Source: Candidatus Hydrogenedentota bacterium (GTDB taxonomy: Bacteria; Hydrogenedentota; Hydrogenedentia; Hydrogenedentales; SLHB01). Taken from it: DNA of 64,000 nucleotides. The position numbers and the translations under genes were made by a program. Shown here piece after piece: positions 9,921 to 20,178 of this stretch. Under the pieces are notes generated by a model. The model had not been told where the DNA came from, did no database searches, and saw only the letters and a program-made list of their open reading frames with translations. How positions within the stretch are numbered: the stretch's first letter is position 1; each line of letters starts with the position of its first letter. The stretch spans positions 384,001 to 448,000 of the forward strand of contig CAXXTH010000010.1 of NCBI GenBank assembly GCA_963668025.2, read 5' to 3'.

Positions 9921-10705
9921 GGCGGCCTCCATTTGTGTCTATACAGACACAAAATTATACCGCAAAAAACATCTGGACGCAACGAAACACAATCATGGCG
10001 CACACCCTAGGGCGGTGGCGTGGTTGCCTTTGAGGGCCAGCACGTAGTCGGCCTGCCGTTGGATAATGTGGGAGGCGATATCCTTCTGGCAGCCCATGGC
10101 GTCCAGGGTGACGATGGCTCCCTTGAGCTTTAAGGCGTTGAGGAGTTTGGGGACGGCGGTGATTTCGTTGGATTTCTCGTCCACCTTGACCTGCCCCAGC
10201 GCCAGGCCGTGCTCGCAAGCCCATGCGCTGACGATGTAGGGGATGGCCTCCCCCTGATTCAAGGCGCGCCGCAGGGCTTTGCCGTCAATGGCGGCGACCT
10301 CATCGCTTAGATTGGGGCAAATGCCCTGCACCCATTGGCCGAAGCATTCCAGAAAGGCATGGGGGTCGAGGGCGGAAAAGACCCGGTTGAAGGTGTCGTG
10401 CGAGGGGATGCCGCCGGGCAGCTCCAGGAAGCCCTTCAGCCAATCCTCCCGGAGCCGGCCGAAGCGCTCCATATCCGAAAAGCTCTCTCCGCCCACGAGG
10501 GCTGAGCATAGCCCAATCACCAAGATGTCAATGAAGTTGTGCCTGCGGGTCCGGTCCATGCGGGGATCAGGCAGGCCCGCGAAACACTCGATAATAGGCT
10601 TGGGCTTGGGCAGGGATTTCTTTTCAGCGGTCATGGGGTGCTCCTTTCATTCATGCGCCGAAGCACTGTTGACTCTAGTATATAGAATTCTATATATTAA
10701 AATCC

Positions 10706-11005
10706 ATGAAGCACACCAAAAAGATGCAAGCATTGCTGGAGCGCATGGCGCAGATTGAGCGGATGGAGCGCGGAAAGCTCTGTCAAATGGGCGGGCGTCC
10801 CCACTTTAACCACCAGAGCTGGGAGAACGAGAAGAACGTGGTTCGCTATGTGCCGGCGCGCGAAACCGAGTTCCTAAAAGAGGTCATCAATGGCTACCAG
10901 GCTTTCATGAAGCTGGCTGAACGCTACGTGGACGAAGTCATCAAGCAAACCCGCCGTGAGCGCGCAAAGACCTTCCCCCAAGCGAAAAATCCCAGGCCAC
11001 GTTGA
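10706..11005 (+). CDS. DUF6788-like passenger ORF inside ISAs1
   Basis: 99 aa, conserved in three copies, divergent from the transposase, inside the TIRs. Confidence 0.8.
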   Translation: MKHTKKMQALLERMAQIERMERGKLCQMGGRPHFNHQSWENEKNVVRYVPARETEFLKEVINGYQAFMKLAERYVDEVIKQTRRERAKTFPQAKNPRPR

Positions 11006-11101
11006 CAGAAAAAATCATGCACAACAGGATAAATCGACTCTTGAGCACTATTAGATGCGTAAGCCCTGACCCCTGTGGGCCTGCGTCAAAAAAGTGGGTT
11101 T

Positions 11102-12523
11102 TCATCCGGTTCTTTGTTCCCAATACTCCTCGAAGCGATTGGATTGAATAAGGCATCGCAACGCCGTAATGGCATTTGCGCCACGGACGGTCCATTCCAT
11201 ACCGGAGTGCTTCATACGCTGGCCAACGACCGTCCTGCACGCCGCTTCAATGACTCCCGAGCCAACGAATAGTCCCTTGGCAAAAAAATCGTTGTAGCGC
11301 ATGCGTTCTTTGTTCGTCTCAAAATAGCCGATGGCGGTAACGGCTTCTTTGGCATCCGGCCCATTGTTTGGCAACAGCACGGCGGCTTCTTCCACGATGG
11401 TTTCGATCTTTCCCTCATCCAGATCGTCCCACCATTTGCCCTTGTACAAGGCCAAACGTTTTTCGTCGCGTCCAAACAACAATTTGCACAGGTTCCCGAG
11501 ATGCTCGCGCGCGTGATACAAGTCGACTACGTGGATGGCGGCGTGAAAATGGGTTTGTACGATGTTTCGTATCCATTCGGCCCCATCGGTGAGGCATACG
11601 ACGCGTTTGGCCCTGAACAATCCGCGGCGGACGGCCTCGGCGTAGATGCGCCATTGAAACTGTTCGGACGTCTCGATGGCGCCCACGAAACTGGCGGAGC
11701 CCCTATCCCGGATGGGGCGGCCTTTTTCGTTGAAGGCGGTTTGAGAAAAAACGCATCCGATTTTCACCTCGCGGGTTTTGGGCTTGCCGTTTTGATATTT
11801 TCCCTTGCGGCCTTCGAGCGCCTCGGGCACCATGGGAACGCCGCTGCCGTCGAACTCGATGTAAAGGGTCTCGATAGTTTTGGCGGCATCGGGAGGCGGC
11901 GGTTCCTGGAATCGGATACGGTCCCGTTCTTGCGCGAACCAGTGGGCGGCTTGCTGGCCGGTCTGTTCCGCGATACGCTCACAGTCCTTGCGGCTGATCA
12001 CGAGTCCGGCGGCTGCTTTCAGTTGTTGCGACACCCTTTTGAATGGGGCGTCGCTGGCGAAATCCGCCACGAGACGCCGCACGCCCGGCGAATAGCGCGT
12101 GTTGGCGACATCGAGCTCCTCGTCGCCGGGATACCGCCATTTGCCGCACCGGGGGCACCGGTAGGCGGTGCGCGTAAAGCGGATCTTGCCCAAAAGAGTG
12201 ACGATGGTTTTTGTCTTCAGGCCACGGCTTTTCATTACCGCCATGCATGAGCAACGCGCTTTTTCCCCGCGCCGGCCCACGCCCACCTTTCTTAAAAAGG
12301 CATCGAGCGCCTTGGCCCCTCCCATGAGGGCCGCGCCGCGCAGGGCTTGTTCCAATGCTTCGAGATCCGTTCCCGCCGCGCGTTTTGCCGCGTTGAAAAT
12401 CCGCGTTACTTCGGCGTCTTTTTCGATGGCGGCTTGCGTTTTTTTTTGAGGGCGTCTTGTTCGGCGCTCTGCATCCGTTCCAGTTCGCCCAGTTCTTGGG
12501 CCACCGACTCGAATTGTCTGCAT
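11102..12523 (-). CDS. ISKra4-family transposase
   Basis: Identical translation to 2597-4018. Confidence 0.92.
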   Translation of the reverse strand: MQTIRVGGPRTGRTGTDAERRTRRPQKKTQAAIEKDAEVTRIFNAAKRAAGTDLEALEQALRGAALMGGAKALDAFLRKVGVGRRGEKARCSCMAVMKSRGLKTKTIVTLLGKIRFTRTAYRCPRCGKWRYPGDEELDVANTRYSPGVRRLVADFASDAPFKRVSQQLKAAAGLVISRKDCERIAEQTGQQAAHWFAQERDRIRFQEPPPPDAAKTIETLYIEFDGSGVPMVPEALEGRKGKYQNGKPKTREVKIGCVFSQTAFNEKGRPIRDRGSASFVGAIETSEQFQWRIYAEAVRRGLFRAKRVVCLTDGAEWIRNIVQTHFHAAIHVVDLYHAREHLGNLCKLLFGRDEKRLALYKGKWWDDLDEGKIETIVEEAAVLLPNNGPDAKEAVTAIGYFETNKERMRYNDFFAKGLFVGSGVIEAACRTVVGQRMKHSGMEWTVRGANAITALRCLIQSNRFEEYWEQRTG

Positions 12524-12786
12524 ACATCCCGGAAACGTTTATAGTTTTCCTCATCCTGACGCGCGCGGTTCAATTCTTGCTCGCCGCAAATGCGTTCGCT
12601 CACGGTCTTATTGTTTTTCTTGCTTGTCCATAAGTAATAGGGTCCGCGTAACTCTCGCGTTTTTTTCCCGTCCTTGATAGAGGGAAACCATTGTTCATTG
12701 AGGGATCCTTTTCTCAAGGTTCGTATTTCGCCCAATTGTTCGAGCAAGTCCAAGCGTTTTTCTTCCAGCGTGCGTTTATTGGCCAT
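12406..12786 (-). CDS. DUF6788-like OrfA
   Basis: Identical translation to 2334-2714. Confidence 0.85.
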   Translation of the reverse strand: MANKRTLEEKRLDLLEQLGEIRTLRKGSLNEQWFPSIKDGKKTRELRGPYYLWTSKKNNKTVSERICGEQELNRARQDEENYKRFRDVCRQFESVAQELGELERMQSAEQDALKKKRKPPSKKTPK

Positions 12787-12891
12787 GATTGGTTCTCCTC
12801 TCTATTTATTGTAGTAATCTTACTACATACATCGGGCCAAAAAAAGGGGGGGGAAACGAAAACCCACTTTTTTGACGCAGGCCCGACCCCT

Positions 12892-14713
12892 GAGGCATTT
12901 GCGAAATAAAGAAAATCCGTATTGACAAGGGTTTACAAAGCGGCGGAATTGGCGCCTACCCCGGAGAATGCGGGGAAAGGGGCTTGGCGGGGGCATGAAT
13001 AAGGATTTTTTGTGAAAAATCACCCCAAATGCCCTCGGCGAGCGGGAAAAGGCGTAACGTCTCCCGTGTGTGATTGTAGTATAGTTGACCACATAACCAC
13101 GCACACACCAAGGAGACGTTTGCGATGGCCATTATACACCAAATGGGGTTGTTCTCGTGGAACCAGGTCGACGCGGCGTCGGATCTGGATCGGCTGAACC
13201 TGTTGCTGGCGGCGCTGCCGGATGAAGATTTGATGCGGGCGATGGAAGCCGAACGCAAGGGGCGGCGCGACGATTATCCTATCCGCGCGATGTGGAACAG
13301 CATACTGGCGGGGATCGTCTTCCAGCACGACGGCGTCGAAAGCCTGCGCCGCGAACTAGCCCGAAACGGGCAATTGCGCCAGTTGTGCGGATTCGACGTG
13401 TTGCGGGGCGCCAAGGCGGTCCCGCCCGAATGGGTGTACACGCGGTTCTTCGCCAGATTACTGCGCCACTGGAAAGAAGTGGACCGGATGTTCGACGCGC
13501 TCATCGTCCGGCTGATGGAACGCTTGCCGGATCTCGGGGTGCGTCTGGCCGTAGACTCGAAAGCCATCCAAACCCACGCCAAGCCTCCGCGCAAAGACGC
13601 GGTCCTGGAAAACGAAGAGCCGGACGGGCGGCGCGACCGCGACGCAGACTGGGGCACGAAAACCTACAAGGGCGTTCACAAGGACGGCACGCCCTGGGAG
13701 AAGGTCAAACGGTGGTTCGGCTACAAGCTGCACCTCATCGTGGACACGAAATATGAATTGCCGCTGGGCTACGCGGTCACGAAAGCCAGCGCCAACGACT
13801 CGCCCTTTCTGCTGCCCCTCGTGGCGGCTCTCGACGCGCGCCACCCCGAACTCGTCCAACGCGCCGAGTACCTCAGCGCCGACAAGGGCTATGATTCCGA
13901 AGCCAACAACAAGGGCCTCTTCGAGGAACATGAAATCCGGCCCATCGTGGACATCCGGGCGACCTGGAAAGAAGAACCGGAACGGCCCCGCCCTTTATAT
14001 CCCGAACGGGTAGACACGATCTTCCATACCGAACGAGGTGAAGTCCTCTGCCGGTGTCGTAACGGCGCCCCAAACGAACGCGACAACTATGATTCCATGG
14101 CCTACCAAGGATTCGAGCAAGATCGGGGAACCTTGAAATACCGTTGCCCAGCCAAGGCGCGCGGGAGCGCCTGTACCCAGCAAGACCTCTGCAACCAAGG
14201 ATGCCAGCCCGAACACGGACGGATTGTCCGCGTGCCCATCGCTATCGACCGGCGCATCTTTACCCCCCTGCCCCGCAGCGCCAAATCCTGGCGCCGCGAA
14301 TACAAACACCGCACCGCCATCGAGCGAGTCAACAGCCGACTCGACGGCGCATACGGATTCGAGCGCCACTACATCCGCGGTATGAAAAAGATGCGCGCCC
14401 GCACCGGATTAGCCCTCCTCGTCATGCTCGGCATGGCCCTGGGATGGCTCGAAGCCGGCCAGGCAGAACGCATGCGCTCGCTCCTCGGACAGCCCCGCGC
14501 CGCATAGATCACATCGAATCCGCACAAGCAATGATGGCCCGAATCAAGGGCAAACCATGCCCATTCGGGCCGCAAGGGTCCTACACGCGAACCTCCTGCA
14601 TGATTTATTGCACCCGTAGCGGAGGCGTAATCCCATTGCCACAGGCGAAAACCGCTCCGCGTGTGCCCGCACCGTCCGCGCGTTCGCAAACCACGCTATT
14701 TCGCAAATGCCTC
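12892..14713 (+). mobile_element. IS1182/IS5-like insertion sequence
   Basis: TIR GAGGCATTTGCGAAATA / TATTTCGCAAATGCCTC; 6-bp TSD ACCCCT (12886-12891, 14714-14719). Confidence 0.9.
13125..14507 (+). CDS. DDE transposase (IS1182/IS5-like)
   Basis: AVDS, FGYKLH, ADKGYD and YKHRTAIERVNS motifs; AGGAG RBS. Confidence 0.92.
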   Translation: MAIIHQMGLFSWNQVDAASDLDRLNLLLAALPDEDLMRAMEAERKGRRDDYPIRAMWNSILAGIVFQHDGVESLRRELARNGQLRQLCGFDVLRGAKAVPPEWVYTRFFARLLRHWKEVDRMFDALIVRLMERLPDLGVRLAVDSKAIQTHAKPPRKDAVLENEEPDGRRDRDADWGTKTYKGVHKDGTPWEKVKRWFGYKLHLIVDTKYELPLGYAVTKASANDSPFLLPLVAALDARHPELVQRAEYLSADKGYDSEANNKGLFEEHEIRPIVDIRATWKEEPERPRPLYPERVDTIFHTERGEVLCRCRNGAPNERDNYDSMAYQGFEQDRGTLKYRCPAKARGSACTQQDLCNQGCQPEHGRIVRVPIAIDRRIFTPLPRSAKSWRREYKHRTAIERVNSRLDGAYGFERHYIRGMKKMRARTGLALLVMLGMALGWLEAGQAERMRSLLGQPRAA

Positions 14714-14879
14714 ACCCCTGTCCATGACTTGCAGCCGCCTGGGGCTATTGGGTAGTATTACAAGATTGAGCGTCTTTCCACGGATGTGCCGGTTGTGGAA
14801 AGAAGGGCAAGCCGTGGCTGGTTAGTAGAAAATCCTTCTTCGAAGACGCAGCAGGCGTACAGCTAGATCGGATAATATC

Positions 14880-16205
14880 ATGCATGAAATCAAGCTCCCG
14901 CAGTTAGGCCAATCGGTTGAAGAGGCCTCGATAGTCCAATGGTTAAAAAAGGAAGGCGATCCCGTTTCCGTCGGGGATATCCTGTTTTCCATCCAAACCG
15001 ACAAGGCCGAGATCGAATGCGAATGCACGGCCAATGGCGTGCTGCGGAAGATTTTAGTAGGGCCAGATGTCGAGGTGCCGGTGCGCACGGTGGTCGCTCT
15101 AGTGGGCGAACCTGGAGAAGCGCTGCCTGATTTAAGCGCCTATGCGGGTGGAAATGCCCCTGCCGCGTCCGCCGAGGCTGAAAAGCCTGCCCCAACGGCG
15201 GAAGCAACATTCCCCCAGGCCGCGCAAGCGGCTGCCGCATCGGATGGCCGTATTGCCGCATCGCCCCGCGCCAAGAAATTGGCTGCGGAACAGGGAATCG
15301 ACCTATCCACGTTGGCGGGCAGCGGCGCGCAAGGCCGCATCATGGAGGCCGACGTGGCCAGCGCCAGCCCAACCGCATCGGCGAAAATCACGCCTACCGC
15401 CAAGCGGCTGGCGGAGATTTCGGGCGTGGATGTGCGCACTGTCGCGGGCACAGGCCCCGGCGGGAAGATCATGAAAGACGATGTGGCGGCGGCGAAGACA
15501 GCCCCAGCGGCTCCGGTTGCGGCATCCGCCCCGGCGGAAGCGGGCGAGGGCGTCAAACGGACGCGCCTGACTCCAATGCGCCGCATTATCGCCGAGCGGA
15601 TGGTGGAAAGCTTGTTCACCGCGCCTCATTATTATATGTCCATGGAAATTGATATGACGGCGGCGGCGGCGTTCCGTAAAAAATCACCGTTCCGGCCTTC
15701 CTTTAACGCCATCGTGTTGTATGCCGTGTCCCGTGCGCTACGCCAGCATCCGCAGGTGAATGCGCGCTGGGCGGGCGATGCGATTGATGAAGTGGCGGAT
15801 GTCGCCATCGGCGTGGCGGTGGCGCTGCCAGCGGGTTTGGTGGTGCCGGTGCTGCGGAAAGCGCAGAACTTGAGCCTCGAGGGCATCCAGGAAGAAAGCA
15901 AGGCGCTGGCCGAAAAGGCGCGCACGGGCAAGCTGCTTCCAGACGATTACGCGGGCAGCACGTTCACGGTATCGAACCTGGGCTCCTTTGGCGTGGACCA
16001 ATTCACGGCCATCATCAATCAGCCCAACAGCGCCATTCTGTCGGTGGGCGCTATTAAAGACAAGCCCGTAGTGATTGACGGCGGCATCCACATCCGCTCG
16101 ATGATGAATCTGACGCTGTCGAGCGATCACCGGGTGATCGATGGCGCAGTGGCCGCCCAATTCCTGGCCACGATGCGCGAAATTCTCGAATCGGGACAAT
16201 TCTAG
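14880..16205 (+). CDS. pdhC: Dihydrolipoamide acyltransferase (E2) of a 2-oxoacid dehydrogenase complex
   Basis: Lipoyl domain TDKA, two E3-binding repeats, catalytic DHRVIDG. Confidence 0.88.
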   Translation: MHEIKLPQLGQSVEEASIVQWLKKEGDPVSVGDILFSIQTDKAEIECECTANGVLRKILVGPDVEVPVRTVVALVGEPGEALPDLSAYAGGNAPAASAEAEKPAPTAEATFPQAAQAAAASDGRIAASPRAKKLAAEQGIDLSTLAGSGAQGRIMEADVASASPTASAKITPTAKRLAEISGVDVRTVAGTGPGGKIMKDDVAAAKTAPAAPVAASAPAEAGEGVKRTRLTPMRRIIAERMVESLFTAPHYYMSMEIDMTAAAAFRKKSPFRPSFNAIVLYAVSRALRQHPQVNARWAGDAIDEVADVAIGVAVALPAGLVVPVLRKAQNLSLEGIQEESKALAEKARTGKLLPDDYAGSTFTVSNLGSFGVDQFTAIINQPNSAILSVGAIKDKPVVIDGGIHIRSMMNLTLSSDHRVIDGAVAAQFLATMREILESGQF

Positions 16206-16325
16206 GGACAGCCGTTTCGCCGGTTTGGGCGGGGGCTAAAATGGAATCATGCGGCGAAGGAGGCAAAGCGGTTGCTTTGCCTCCCGCTTCAGCAAATAAA
16301 CGGCGTATCCAGGAGTCTTGAACTC

Positions 16326-17720
16326 ATGACAGCATGTGACGTAGTAGTAATCGGTGCGGGCCCAGGCGGCTATGTGGCGGCGATTCGGGCGGCCCAATTG
16401 GGTGCGAAGACCATAGTGGTCGAGCGGGCGGAAGTCGGCGGTGTTTGCCTGAACTGGGGCTGCATTCCCACGAAGACCTTCGTCTACACGGCGGAGGCGT
16501 ATCGCAAACTTCAGCACGCCAAAGAATTAGGCATCACGATTGACGGCGTAGTCGGCATTGACATGAAGGCCGTCATTAAGCGTAAAGAAGGCGTCATCCG
16601 GCGCAACAAGGCGGGCATCAACGCCCTATTTAAAGCGAACGGCATCACGGTGATGCAGGGCGACGCCCGCATTACCGCGCCGGGCCGCATCCAGGTAGGC
16701 AACGAAACGATTGCCGCCAAGAGCATCATCATCGCCACGGGCAGTTCGCCCGCTCAGATTCCTGGCCTCGAAACGGACGGCAAGCATATCATCACGAGCA
16801 CCGAAGCGCTCGAGCTGCCCGAAGTCCCCAAGCATGCGCTCATTATCGGCGCGGGCCCCATCGGCGCGGAATTTGCCTGCATTTGGCAAGCCTTCGGCGC
16901 GAAAGTGACCATGGTCGAGATGATGCCGCAAGTCATGCCGCTCGAGGACGCCGAGATCGCCGGTTTAATGGAAAAAGAACTCATTAAAAAGGGCATAGAT
17001 GTCCGCACGGAAACCACCGTAGCGAAGCTCGAAGCCCATGCAACCGGCGTTCATGTGGAACTTAAAGGCAAAAAAGCAGATTCACTAGACGTGGACATTG
17101 TCCTGGTGGGCATCGGGCGCAAATTCCACTCCGAAGTGGTGTCCGAGTCACCGAACTTAGGCGTGCGCTTAAGCAAACGCGGCTTCATCGAGGTGGACGC
17201 CCGCATGGAAACCTCCGTGAAGGGTATTTTCGCCATTGGCGATGTGACCGGCAAGACGATGCTGGCCCATGGCGCTTCGGCGGAAGGGCTGGTGGCGGCG
17301 GCGAACGCCACGGGCGGCCACAAGACGATGGATTACCGCGTAGTGCCTTCCTGCACGTTCACCTCGCCCGAAGTGGCGAGCGTGGGCCTGACGGAGGCCA
17401 AGGCGCGCGAAAAGGGCATCAAGGTCCGCGTGGGGCGCTTCCCGTTCGCGGCCAGCGGCCGTGCGGCCACCATGGGCGAAACGAGCGGCATGGTCAAGAT
17501 TGTCGCGGACGCTTCCACCGATGAAGTCATCGGCGTGCATATCATGGGCCCCGAGGCGGGCGAACTCATCGCCGAGGCAGCCCTGGCAATGAAGATGGAA
17601 GCCACCGTGGCGGAAATCGCCCATACCATTCATACCCATCCGACGCTGGCGGAAACGCTCATGGAAGCGGCGGATGATTACTTCGGCTTGGGCATTCACA
17701 CGCCGCCGAGGAAGGGCTAA
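16326..17720 (+). CDS. lpdA: Dihydrolipoyl dehydrogenase (E3)
   Basis: GAGPGG, GGVCLNWGCIP and HPTLAE motifs. Confidence 0.95.
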   Translation: MTACDVVVIGAGPGGYVAAIRAAQLGAKTIVVERAEVGGVCLNWGCIPTKTFVYTAEAYRKLQHAKELGITIDGVVGIDMKAVIKRKEGVIRRNKAGINALFKANGITVMQGDARITAPGRIQVGNETIAAKSIIIATGSSPAQIPGLETDGKHIITSTEALELPEVPKHALIIGAGPIGAEFACIWQAFGAKVTMVEMMPQVMPLEDAEIAGLMEKELIKKGIDVRTETTVAKLEAHATGVHVELKGKKADSLDVDIVLVGIGRKFHSEVVSESPNLGVRLSKRGFIEVDARMETSVKGIFAIGDVTGKTMLAHGASAEGLVAAANATGGHKTMDYRVVPSCTFTSPEVASVGLTEAKAREKGIKVRVGRFPFAASGRAATMGETSGMVKIVADASTDEVIGVHIMGPEAGELIAEAALAMKMEATVAEIAHTIHTHPTLAETLMEAADDYFGLGIHTPPRKG

Positions 17721-17793
17721 TAGTAGGGGGCGACTCGTTCGAAAGAACGGTTGCCCTCTACGTACGCTTTTACACCGGAGGGAACGCCGGAAC

Positions 17794-20079
17794 GTGCGGC
17801 CCACTACACGGGATAAACTCGATCTGATTCTTTGCTTGGTATGCCTCGCGGCAGCCGCGGCCCTTGCATTGTTTCCTGTAGCCATGGGACGTGTTCCCAC
17901 CGATGCGGATAGCCTGTTTTTCTTGCCCGCTTCGCCGTGGGCGGAAGCGCGCCCGGCTGAGTTGCATGCGCCCGCAGGCGCCGATTCCAATGTGCTGGCC
18001 GAACGCTATCTGCCGTGGCGTATTTTCGCCCGTGACGCCTTGGCCAAGGGCGAATCGCTGTTATGGAATCCGTATGAAGATTGCGGCATGCCCTTCATGG
18101 CGCTTTGGCAAACGCGGTGTTTCTCGCCGTTTAGCGTGCCGTTCTATGTATTTCCACTGAAGGAAGCGCTCCCGATCTCGGCGGCGCTCAAATTGCTCGT
18201 AGCGGGCCTATGCGCTTTCCTCATGGGCCGTTTATTTGGCCTGCCTTTGCCCATGGCCTTGTTCACCGGCCTTGCCTTTCAGTTCAGCGGGCTGCTCCTC
18301 TCCCATATCGGGATTCCCCTATCCGATGTGCTGCCGTGGCTTCCCTTGCTGATCCTCTTCGCGGATCGGTTCAGTCTCGGGTTGTACGCCCATTGGCCAT
18401 ATGGAGCCCTTGCCCTAGCGCTGATGCTATTTGGCGGGGAACCGGGAGCGGCGGCAGCCGCCTTCGCCTGGTGCATGCTGTTTATCCTGGTCCGAAAAGT
18501 ATTGGCGCGCGCGCCGCTGGCCGATATCGCCACGGCGTTTGTCGCGTTTTTGGCGGTAGGAACCGCAGCCGCAGGCCTGGCGGCCGTACAAATACTTCCG
18601 TTCATCGAATTCGCAGGGGAAGCCGCATCGACTGGATATGGCGTGGCGGGCCTTGCCCCCCAGGTGCAAGATGTGATTCTGCTGTTGTTTCCCTGGTTTT
18701 TGGGCGCAATATCCGCAGCCGGCATGGGCGGTTCGAGCCCCCTGCCCACCATGTTATACATAGGCGCCGCGCCAGCGCTTCTTTTGCCCATATGGTTCGC
18801 CCTTCGCAGCTACCCCGCGGCCATCCGGCGCACACGCGTCGAGGCCTTGCTCCTCACCGCTGTCTTTATGCTGGCCATGGCGATTCTTTCTGGCGGCCTC
18901 CTCCGCCAAACGCCATTGCTCCACCACATCCAGCCCGTTCATTGGCTCATTGGATTTGGATTGGCCTTGATTTATACAGCGGCGGAATCCGCGGATGAAT
19001 GGGTCGAGCTCGATGCGGATGGATGCCGCCATGTCATCAAACGCCTCCTCTTTATATTTCCCATTTTCCTCCTCCTTCTTGGCTTGGCTATAGCCGCCCA
19101 CTTAGGCGATTCGCGCCCCAGCGCCGCGCCATTTCAACGCCAAATCATTCTTCCCGCTCTCATGGGACTCATCATGCTCGCGCTTCTGTCGGCCACCCTT
19201 CTCCGGCCATCCACCCATGTCATGGGCTACAGCTTATGTTTCTTGTGCGCCGTGGATCTCTTATTTGTTTTTCATCCGGCAATGCCATTTACGGAACCCG
19301 CGCACATTTTTCCCGAAACCCAGTTCATCGCTTCCCTGAAAGCCACCCAGGCGCGCATCTCGGGTATGGAATCGCTGCAACGCTGGCCCCTTCTAGGCAA
19401 CCTGGTCCCCCAAGTCTACGGCACCAGCGGCGTCGAATTGGCGCGGCATAGGCAATTCGTTGGCCGGTTAGCCGAAACGCCGCTGTTGCTGCGGCGCATG
19501 GGCTCGCGGCATTTGCTGTTGACCAAGGAAGACATTCAAGGCAGCTTCGCCAGCGTGCGCCCCATGCTTGCGGTCCAGCATGTCTATAACGCCGGAGCGA
19601 TTCTATTTGAAGATTTGGGGGCGAATTCCCGCGTCTGGATGGCCTACGATACGCGGAACGTGGAGCAATTCAACCCGGCGGACCTGGATCCCGAAGCAGC
19701 GCCGCTTGTCGAAACCGTCACCCCCTGGTCTGGCGCCGCTGATCCCGGGCCTGCCACGGCCATGATCACCGAAGAACACCATACCCGCATCACCGTGCAT
19801 GCTGAAGCGCCTCGCGAAGGTGTGCTGGTGCTGGCGGATTCCTGGTATCCCGGCTGGCGCGCCACCGTTGATGGTGTAGAAACGGAAGTGTTTCCAGTGG
19901 AAGGGATCCTGCGCGGCGTCTTGGTCAAAGAAGGCTCGCACGAAATCGTATTCCGATACCGGCCTAACTCCTTCTTACTCGGCCTGGCGCTTACCGCAAC
20001 CACCGCCATTACGGCCTCCATCTTGGTTTTATTCTCCACGATTCGCGCATACAAAAAACGCAGAAGCTCCGCCATCTAA
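17794..20079 (+). CDS. YfhO-family / GT-C membrane protein
   Basis: LWNPY..CGMPF N-terminal motif, many TM helices, C-terminal LVLADSWYPGWRATVDG; GTG start inferred. Confidence 0.85.
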   Translation: MRPTTRDKLDLILCLVCLAAAAALALFPVAMGRVPTDADSLFFLPASPWAEARPAELHAPAGADSNVLAERYLPWRIFARDALAKGESLLWNPYEDCGMPFMALWQTRCFSPFSVPFYVFPLKEALPISAALKLLVAGLCAFLMGRLFGLPLPMALFTGLAFQFSGLLLSHIGIPLSDVLPWLPLLILFADRFSLGLYAHWPYGALALALMLFGGEPGAAAAAFAWCMLFILVRKVLARAPLADIATAFVAFLAVGTAAAGLAAVQILPFIEFAGEAASTGYGVAGLAPQVQDVILLLFPWFLGAISAAGMGGSSPLPTMLYIGAAPALLLPIWFALRSYPAAIRRTRVEALLLTAVFMLAMAILSGGLLRQTPLLHHIQPVHWLIGFGLALIYTAAESADEWVELDADGCRHVIKRLLFIFPIFLLLLGLAIAAHLGDSRPSAAPFQRQIILPALMGLIMLALLSATLLRPSTHVMGYSLCFLCAVDLLFVFHPAMPFTEPAHIFPETQFIASLKATQARISGMESLQRWPLLGNLVPQVYGTSGVELARHRQFVGRLAETPLLLRRMGSRHLLLTKEDIQGSFASVRPMLAVQHVYNAGAILFEDLGANSRVWMAYDTRNVEQFNPADLDPEAAPLVETVTPWSGAADPGPATAMITEEHHTRITVHAEAPREGVLVLADSWYPGWRATVDGVETEVFPVEGILRGVLVKEGSHEIVFRYRPNSFLLGLALTATTAITASILVLFSTIRAYKKRRSSAI

Positions 20080-20178
20080 AAACAGCCGCCATTCGTTTCT
20101 TGTAACAGCCAGTAGATGGTGTTACCGTAAGCCCCACGGGGAAGACGCTTGGCTCAGGCCAGCGAAGGAGATGCTCCA

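Larger units (their letters stand above)
8210..10007 (-). mobile_element. ISKra4-family element type 2
   Basis: Imperfect TIR GGGTGTGCG...ATTGTG; 9-bp TSD TAGGGCGGT at 8201-8209 and 10008-10016. Confidence 0.93.
7670..10634 (-). pseudogene. ISAs1 transposase split into 10008-10634 and 7670-8209
   Basis: Halves match the 385-aa ORF 53649-54806; break at NHATA|LEEVK. Confidence 0.93.
7656..11068 (-). mobile_element. ISAs1-family element copy B, interrupted by ISKra4 type 2
   Basis: TIR CAGGGCTTACGCATCTAA at 7656, inverse at 11051-11068; matches intact copy 53215-54820. Confidence 0.93.
11077..12884 (-). mobile_element. ISKra4-family element type 1, copy 2
   Basis: Inverted copy of 2237-4043 (C7 vs C8 tract); 9-bp TSD GACCCCTGT, right copy split by the next IS. 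Confidence 0.93.
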
